DNA of 60,950 nucleotides, from the IMG/VR virus record IMGVR_UViG_3300032102_000021, positions 1-60,950 of that record; one strand, written 5' to 3'. Below, piece after piece: positions 54,969 through 60,950 of the stretch. Positions within the stretch are counted from its first letter, which is position 1. Every line of letters starts with the position of its first letter. The DNA comes from a virus. Its lineage: Duplodnaviria > Caudoviricetes. A model generated the notes under the pieces. The model was not told the origin of the DNA. It did not search any database and worked only from the letters and a program-made list of their open reading frames with translations. A program made the translations under genes and the position numbers.

Positions 54969-55417
54969 TGGAACTCCTCCGCAGGACGGCGCAGGCCAAA
55001 AAACAATGGTCCTGACCATGAGCTGCCAGAAATGTGGCGTGCCACCGCCGACAGGCTCTTGAAGTACTTGCCCTCGTATTCAAACGTCCCCTCGGCGGTA
55101 ACTTTCACATAGTGGTCACGCTCGGCCCATTCACGAACCAAGACCGTGCCGGGAGCCAGAGTGATTTCAGGGCCTTTGCGGCGGGTTTTGATCTTGGACT
55201 GCCGGACACCGATGTTGGCCAGGCGCCGGCGCGTATCAGGATCCAGCCCACCAAAGGCTTCTTCCTGAAGCTTGTATGCAATTCGGGACTCAAGGTAGAC
55301 GCGGTTGGTCTTTTCCGGACGAGATTTGAAGAAGCGATCCCACAGAGCCCACAGGTCTGGCAGCGGGATCGATGGCAGGGAGGCCACTTGTTTGGCCACG
55401 GATGATGTGTCGTTCAT
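54965..55417 (-). CDS. DUF2924-domain protein
   Basis: RIAYKLQE..FGGL, PGTVLVREW, YEG..F.SLSAVA..I.G..WSGP.FFGL. Confidence 0.92.
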   Translation of the reverse strand: MNDTSSVAKQVASLPSIPLPDLWALWDRFFKSRPEKTNRVYLESRIAYKLQEEAFGGLDPDTRRRLANIGVRQSKIKTRRKGPEITLAPGTVLVREWAERDHYVKVTAEGTFEYEGKYFKSLSAVARHISGSSWSGPLFFGLRRPAEEFQ

Positions 55418-55608
55418 GACAACTCCTCTTGTTGAGACGGGGTTGTATGAACGCGCTGGTCGGGCATAAAGCCAAGGTGAACCGGGCTCTCTGCTGGCTC
55501 ATTAGCCACATAGCTGCGGTCGATCGCGGTGGCCAGGATGGCGCAGATTTCCTCTGCCCTGGCACAGGGGGTCATCTCCGCTGGAGATAGGAGTTTGATG
55601 ATTTGCAT
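55414..55608 (-). CDS. Small hypothetical protein
   Basis: ATGA-coupled to DUF2924; P.EM...R..EI..ILA. Confidence 0.6.
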   Translation of the reverse strand: MQIIKLLSPAEMTPCARAEEICAILATAIDRSYVANEPAESPVHLGFMPDQRVHTTPSQQEELS

Positions 55609-55701
55609 GACGGCTCATAAGAATTGCAACCGTCTTTATGGTCCGCCAAATCGTTCGAAGCGGATGGCAACGTAGAGCAATGCTATTGCTTTCTGTATTT
55701 T

Positions 55702-55741
55702 GCAAGATTTTCTTGCTTAACGGATCTAGCAAGAGTAGAAT
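55702..55741 (+). promoter_or_regulatory. Sigma70 promoter (TTGCTT-N17-TAGAAT) overlapped by GCAAGA inverted repeats
   Basis: -35 at 55713-55718, -10 at 55736-55741; TCTTGCT-N10-AGCAAGA at 55711-55734. Confidence 0.7.
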
Positions 55742-55764
55742 GACGTTTTCGGAGGTGCCAAACC

Positions 55765-56886
55765 ATGCTCGACAAGATCTCGCACAAGCTGATCGGCTTC
55801 CGCGTGAAGGCGGCGCGCGAGGCCAAGGGCTGGACGCAGGATCAGCTTACTGAAGGCCTCGGTCTGAACGACCGCCAGTCGGTTTCCGACATCGAAAACG
55901 GCAAGCGCACGCTGCGGGCGGAGGAAATGCTCGCCCTGACCGATCTACTGGATCGGGACATCGAGTTCTTCATCGACCCCTTCGCCGTTGCGGGTGAGGC
56001 GCAATTCAACTGGCGCGCCGACCCCGGCGTGTCCGAGGACAGCCTGGACGGCTTCGAGCTGAAGGCTGGCCAATGGATCGGGCTGCTGCGCTGGTTGCGC
56101 GAACAGCGCGACAGCCGGGCCAGCGTGCTCAAGCGCGCCCTGCGCCTGTCCACCCAGTCGTCCTACGAGGATGCGCAGGAGCGCGCGGAAAGCCTTGCCG
56201 CAGAGCTTGACCTGGGTGTCATTCCTGCCGAGACCCTGATCGACAAGGTCGAGCGCGAACTGGACATTCCGGTGCTGTTCGTCGACACGGTCGAGACCGC
56301 AGACGGCAAGTCGATCTCTGGTGCCACCTGCCACTTGGAGGAGATGGGCGTCATCCTCATCAACCGCAACGAAAGCGAGGCTCGGCGCTTCTTCGACCTC
56401 GCCCACGAACTCTTCCACGCGCTGACGTGGGATGCGATGAAGCCCGAGCATCGGGAGTCGAACTCCTTCGAGGAGCGCACCAAGGGGAAACGCGTCGAGC
56501 AGTTGGCCAACAGCTTCGCGGCTGCGCTGCTGATGCCGCGTGCCTCGCTCGACAAACTCATCGACAAGGAACGCGTCAACGACATCGCGCATCTGTGTGA
56601 GGTCGCGGCCTTGCTGCGGGTCGCGCCGGTGGCGCTGGCATGGCGGCTGTTCAACCTCAAGCTCATCGGTGACGACACTCGGCAAAGTCTCTCCCAAGAG
56701 AAGCAGCGGCCCTCCGTGTCCGGGCCACCCAAGCGTTTCTCTGCGTCCTTCGTGAAGATGCTGCACGAGGCGCTGGAGAACGGACGGCTGTCGGCGCGCA
56801 AGGCCGCCAAAGCCATCGGCATTGGCCTTGGTGGGCTGACCGAGCTGTTCGGCCAGTACGACCTGCCCGCTCCGTTTGAGCTTTGA
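55765..56886 (+). CDS. XRE HTH fused to ImmA/IrrE zinc metallopeptidase
   Basis: ARE..GWTQ...VSDIENGKR; R.FF.LAHELFH (HEXXH); E..AN.FAA.LLMP. Confidence 0.95.
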   Translation: MLDKISHKLIGFRVKAAREAKGWTQDQLTEGLGLNDRQSVSDIENGKRTLRAEEMLALTDLLDRDIEFFIDPFAVAGEAQFNWRADPGVSEDSLDGFELKAGQWIGLLRWLREQRDSRASVLKRALRLSTQSSYEDAQERAESLAAELDLGVIPAETLIDKVERELDIPVLFVDTVETADGKSISGATCHLEEMGVILINRNESEARRFFDLAHELFHALTWDAMKPEHRESNSFEERTKGKRVEQLANSFAAALLMPRASLDKLIDKERVNDIAHLCEVAALLRVAPVALAWRLFNLKLIGDDTRQSLSQEKQRPSVSGPPKRFSASFVKMLHEALENGRLSARKAAKAIGIGLGGLTELFGQYDLPAPFEL

Positions 56887-56898
56887 GGTGAATACCGT

Positions 56899-57420
56899 AT
56901 GCCTCAAGTGCGCGTATTCGTTGACACCAACGTCATTCTCGAAGCATTTCGCTCACGGTGCTGGACAGCCATCACCACGCACTTCGCCGTCGAAACGGTT
57001 GACAAATGCGTCGAGGAAACGCTGACCGGCGACCCCACCGATCCTCGCCATGTGGCAGTTGCGCCCGCTGAACTGCATGCGGGCCTCACCGCCCGGCATC
57101 CCGTCACCCGCAAGGAACTGGCCGCGCTGGTCACCAGCCAGCCCGGCTGCATGACGCTGGACGACGGCGAAAAGCACCTGTTCGCGTGGTTGCATGCCAG
57201 CGAGCTCCTGCCCAGCAACGTCATCGTTGTGACCACTGCCGACAAGGCGGCCCTGGTGGCATCAAATGGACTGGGCTGGCTCAACAGCATGACCTCGCTG
57301 GAAGACCTCGCCCGCAAAGCGGGCGTCGGTCGCGTCAATCTCGACGCCTTGGCCTTGCAGTACCGTGAGGACTGGCTGTCCAGCATCAAGACCAAGATCA
57401 TGTTGGGAATCATCCCGTGA
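56899..57420 (+). CDS. PIN-domain protein (putative RNase toxin)
   Basis: VFVDTNVILE, EE, LDDGE, TADKAA acidic motifs. Confidence 0.75.
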   Translation: MPQVRVFVDTNVILEAFRSRCWTAITTHFAVETVDKCVEETLTGDPTDPRHVAVAPAELHAGLTARHPVTRKELAALVTSQPGCMTLDDGEKHLFAWLHASELLPSNVIVVTTADKAALVASNGLGWLNSMTSLEDLARKAGVGRVNLDALALQYREDWLSSIKTKIMLGIIP

Positions 57421-57486
57421 ATGTCGAAACGCGCTGACGGCGCCGACGCAAGGAAGGCCACTCAGCATCAATCCAAGGAGCATTGA

Positions 57487-59751
57487 GTGGCCCAGAAGTC
57501 TCACAAGAACAACAAGCACATCGCTGAACTGATCGAATCGGCAACCGTCACCGCGCTGCAGCTGCTGGCGCAGGTCGATAAGTTCGCCATGCTCGGTGGT
57601 ATCGATGCGTCTCTGCCTGACGATCAGGCGCGCGCGGCGCTGCGCGAGCACATCCTCAAGATCAAACGCGAGGACATCAGCATTGCCGATCAGGAGGCCG
57701 TGCGACTCCTCCAGCTCGTCCGATTCCGTACCGAGGAGATGCTGGCGCACGCCTATCGGGAACTGGAGTTCGAGCAGCACGCAGAGATCTCCACCTTCGA
57801 CAAGTCGGCGGATGCGATGACCCGGCTGATCTGGTTGTACGTCAAGGCGTCGCGCGTTTTCGACCAGATCGAGACCATTTACCTGACTCACCATTTCCAC
57901 GGGCACAAGAAATTCCTGGGGTTCACGGTGCGCGACGGTGACGGGCGCGATTTCCAGTGGACGCCGGAAGTCGAGAAGAAGCTGCACGAAGGCGTGGGCG
58001 AAATCCTCGAGCTGGACGACGAGGCCAAGCAGAACTGCGAGCTGATTCACTTTGAGATGGACGAAGGCGGTGCAGACGCCAAGCGACGCATGCACTATCT
58101 GGTCGTCTATCACCCCGGGAAGATGAAGTTGCTGCGGCAGATGAAGGATCGTCGCCGCGATCTCCTGGTTTTCACACCCGCACTGGAAGCGACGCTGGTG
58201 TACGACCCGGCAGCGAACAAAGTGCATGTGCTCTCGGACAAGCTTGGCACGGCGCAACGCCTCGCGGATCGCTTCGTTGCGGTCGGCTTCGACAAACCGC
58301 TATCAAAACAGCCTGTCGGGGCCATCAGCTACGAGCTGGGCATGTTCAAGAGCTCGGTCAATCTGCGCGAGGCAACCGCCAAGGGCGCGGTGATTCTGGA
58401 TGCATGGATTTCGTCGCTCACCGTGACCCTCGGGCATACCCGGCACAGCGTCACTTTTGCGATGGCGAACAGCGACAGCGTCTGGAGCGTTTCCGACAAG
58501 CATTTCGGCGATCACAACCCCTTGTCCAGCTGCCGTTCCGTGATCGAGGTGAAGCTCTCGTTCTCGATCCGTTTCGACGGTGAGCAGGATTCGCGCGCGC
58601 TGGACATCACGGTCGATCATCGGGGTTCATGCAATCTGCTGAACCTGCCTGATCCACGCCTGCGCCAATGCGGTGAAGACATCCTGACCGCACTGGGCGT
58701 GATGAAGCGCGTCGAACCGGCGAAGGTCGGTGCCGACCTTGCTCTTTTCCGAGCCGAGATGAAGTTGCTCGATCTTGCAGGCCACGAGGCGGATGGACAC
58801 CTACTGACAGCGCTTGGTCTGACTGCCGCCGATCTGGTGAGTAAGGGTCTGCTCAAGCAGAAGGCTCCGGGCGACTACATCACCGTTCCCGTTGAGGATG
58901 AGGACGGCCAGCAGGGGTTCCGCCGACTGAAGGTCATGTTCAACAGCACCAGCACTTCGGCGATTGATGACGTCACCGGCGAACGCTTCGACCTGGCTGA
59001 AGGCGACCTTTGCCGATACGACATCAGCAAGGGCTACCTGCGTGAACGTCTCGACGAGTTGCTCCGTCCCCAACTGGTCGACATGCCGTTGACCGTAGAC
59101 GAAGAGGAGCCCTATGTGCTCGGCAACTACCGGATGGGCGATCAGCGCATTCCGGTCGCGCTGGTGTCCCGGCTGTGGGAGCCCAAGCACGCAGACAAAC
59201 TTGACACAAAGCTGCGGCAGTCGAATCTCGGCCTCACCATCGTGTTGTCGACGACGGCCGGCCAGCCGCGCCGCTACCTTGGGCCCGGCATCGTTGTCTC
59301 ACTGGATGCGCTGGCCAAGGACGTCAACGGGAAGGTGTCGATTGATCTCGCGCCGGTCGATGCAGAGATTCGTCGTCGGCAATCCCAAGCGTCCGTGATC
59401 GACACGCCGCGTTTGATCAAGGACGACGCACGCAGCGGCACGCTGCACGGGCCGTGGCCCGATCCGTGGACGCTGACCAAGAAGGAATGGCTCGATGTGG
59501 TCGAGGTGTTCGTCAATGGATGGACATCCGGGCGGCGCAAATGGTCAAAGGCGCAGATCGAGTCTGCATCTGGCGTTTCATTTCGCACGATGGCCGAACT
59601 ATTCCGAGGCGCACCGGAATGGCAGACGTATTTCCGTGGCGCAGATGGAAATGCCAAACCCCGAATTTGGGAACTGAACATCGGCACCCCCGACTATCTG
59701 GGCTCCGTGCAAGCCAGTGGCGACGAGCCAGCGGAATCCGAAATGGCTTGA
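57487..59751 (+). CDS. 754-aa uncharacterised protein
   Basis: Long ORF with host-like codon usage, AAGGAG SD and GTG start; no catalytic motif recognised. Confidence 0.85.
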   Translation: MAQKSHKNNKHIAELIESATVTALQLLAQVDKFAMLGGIDASLPDDQARAALREHILKIKREDISIADQEAVRLLQLVRFRTEEMLAHAYRELEFEQHAEISTFDKSADAMTRLIWLYVKASRVFDQIETIYLTHHFHGHKKFLGFTVRDGDGRDFQWTPEVEKKLHEGVGEILELDDEAKQNCELIHFEMDEGGADAKRRMHYLVVYHPGKMKLLRQMKDRRRDLLVFTPALEATLVYDPAANKVHVLSDKLGTAQRLADRFVAVGFDKPLSKQPVGAISYELGMFKSSVNLREATAKGAVILDAWISSLTVTLGHTRHSVTFAMANSDSVWSVSDKHFGDHNPLSSCRSVIEVKLSFSIRFDGEQDSRALDITVDHRGSCNLLNLPDPRLRQCGEDILTALGVMKRVEPAKVGADLALFRAEMKLLDLAGHEADGHLLTALGLTAADLVSKGLLKQKAPGDYITVPVEDEDGQQGFRRLKVMFNSTSTSAIDDVTGERFDLAEGDLCRYDISKGYLRERLDELLRPQLVDMPLTVDEEEPYVLGNYRMGDQRIPVALVSRLWEPKHADKLDTKLRQSNLGLTIVLSTTAGQPRRYLGPGIVVSLDALAKDVNGKVSIDLAPVDAEIRRRQSQASVIDTPRLIKDDARSGTLHGPWPDPWTLTKKEWLDVVEVFVNGWTSGRRKWSKAQIESASGVSFRTMAELFRGAPEWQTYFRGADGNAKPRIWELNIGTPDYLGSVQASGDEPAESEMA

Positions 59752-59857
59752 GGGACACGCCCTTGTAATTTCCGCGTGATTTCTGCGTTAAGGCTGCGAA
59801 ATATCGCAACCCTTGCGGCGAGAAAGTAGGAGCACCCCAACAAAAGGAGTGCTCCTC

Positions 59858-60121
59858 ATGCAAAACCAAGTCCCTTCCATTAAATCCGGCCGGAAACTGA
59901 TCCGGTCCCTTCCGGACGGTGCCACCCGCATCGCCCTCGACGAAAACGAGCTCGCCATCCGCTGGGGGCTGTCCGTCAAGACCCTGCGCCGCTGGCGCCA
60001 GGAACAGATTGGCCCGATCTTTTGCAAGCTCGGCGCCAGCGTCCGGTACCAGATCTCTGCCATCGAGCAATACGAGCGCCAAGTAGCTCGGTTCTCGACC
60101 TCTGCTCGCGCTTATCAGTGA
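59858..60121 (+). CDS. AlpA/excisionase-like HTH DNA-binding protein
   Basis: LDENELAIRWGLSVKTLRRWR...GP.F.KLG..VRY. Confidence 0.88.
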   Translation: MQNQVPSIKSGRKLIRSLPDGATRIALDENELAIRWGLSVKTLRRWRQEQIGPIFCKLGASVRYQISAIEQYERQVARFSTSARAYQ

Positions 60122-60132
60122 GGAGGCCGGCC

Positions 60133-60609
60133 ATGACTGATCTGACCGTCTTTCCCGCCGAAATCGCCGAGATGTCGATTGCCCAACTGGCCAGCCTGTC
60201 TGCCCGGCAACTCTACGAGGTCGACTCTAACCTCGACCAGGCGATCACCTGGCTCAAGACTGCACGTACCAAGGTTGACACCGCGTTGGAGCAGCGCTTC
60301 GGTGCCCAGGGCCGTGAAGCCCTCCGTGATACCGGACGCGACTTCGGCACCGCTCACCTGAAGGCCGATGGCCTGCACGTGAAGTTCGAGTTGCCCAAGA
60401 AAGTGTCCTGGGACCAGAAAAAGCTCAAGGCCATCGCCGAACGCATCGTCGCCTCGGGCGAAACCGTCGAGAGCTACCTCGACGTGAAGCTGGCGGTGCC
60501 CGAGTCCCGTTACACCAACTGGCCGCCGGCCCTGCAGCAGCAGTTCGCCGATGCCCGCACGGTGGAGGCTGGCAAGCCAACCTTCACCCTTTCCTTCGAC
60601 TCGGAGTAA
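60133..60609 (+). CDS. Conserved phage early protein
   Basis: GGAGG SD; DFGT, LPKKVSWDQKKL, V.ES.Y..WP, F..ARTV..GKP.F. Confidence 0.8.
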   Translation: MTDLTVFPAEIAEMSIAQLASLSARQLYEVDSNLDQAITWLKTARTKVDTALEQRFGAQGREALRDTGRDFGTAHLKADGLHVKFELPKKVSWDQKKLKAIAERIVASGETVESYLDVKLAVPESRYTNWPPALQQQFADARTVEAGKPTFTLSFDSE

Positions 60610-60614
60610 CGGCC

Positions 60615-60950
60615 ATGAGCGCAATCATTCCCTTCCAGTTCGAAGCGCACGCTGTGCGCGTCCAGGTCGATGATCAGGGGCAGCCGTGGTTCAACGCCAC
60701 TGATGTCTGCGATGCCCTGGAGATGGGCAATCCGTCGCAGGCGATCAAATCCCACGTCGACGCAGAGGATCTCCAGAAATTGGAGACCCTCACGGCAGGC
60801 GGTCGCCAGCGCCAGAACCATGTCAATGAATCGGGGCTGTACGCCCTGATCCTCGGTAGCACCAAGGACGCCGCCAAGCGCTTTAAGCGCTGGGTGACCC
60901 GCGAGGTTTTTGCCGTCGATCCGCAAGACCGGCAGCTACGCAGTTCCCGG
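60615..60950 (+). CDS. BRO-N phage antirepressor, 3'-truncated by window edge, with an apparent 1-nt insertion at 60906-60910
   Basis: PWF.A.DVC..L, VNESGLY.LI..S.K..AK.FKRWVT.EV; LPSIRKTGSY continues in a shifted frame. Confidence 0.88.
   Translation, partial: MSAIIPFQFEAHAVRVQVDDQGQPWFNATDVCDALEMGNPSQAIKSHVDAEDLQKLETLTAGGRQRQNHVNESGLYALILGSTKDAAKRFKRWVTREVFAVDPQDRQLRSSR

Larger units (their letters stand above)
52411..60950. mobile_element. Integration and early/regulatory end of a prophage-like element; continues beyond the window
   Basis: Recombinase-DUF2924 operon divergent from XRE-ImmA, followed by excisionase-like HTH and BRO. Confidence 0.8.

Overview
GC-rich, probably betaproteobacterial DNA made up entirely of mobile elements; no core chromosomal genes, rRNA, intact tRNA or CRISPR array were recognised. 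1-26.6 kb is the late half of a lambdoid siphovirus-type prophage: two ParB-fused DNA methyltransferases, GpA terminase, portal, S49 protease, capsid, tail with a -1 frameshifted chaperone, tape measure, TipJ, modular fibres and a lysis cassette. 26.6-43.6 kb is cargo: an Alw26I/Eco31I/Esp3I-family type IIS restriction-modification system with a fused m6A+m5C methyltransferase and an RHH controller, an apparently deleted mcrBC, a truncated TIR-like gene, and a MerR + VIT/vWA pair. The VIT/vWA protein carries an FtsZ-tail-like peptide, and the pair is divergent from a 13-gene run containing a candidate riboswitch-like leader RNA. 43.6-55.6 kb holds three stacked large-serine-recombinase modules, a Panacea toxin-antitoxin pair, candidate iterons and a 224-bp duplicated element end beginning with CCACCA. 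55.7-60.95 kb is the early/regulatory end of a prophage of the same type (XRE-ImmA + PIN, 754-aa protein, excisionase-like HTH, BRO). The most promising undescribed system is the MerR/VIT-vWA locus with the RNA-gated gene run at about 32.7-43.6 kb. All family calls come from motif recognition by eye; no database searches were run.
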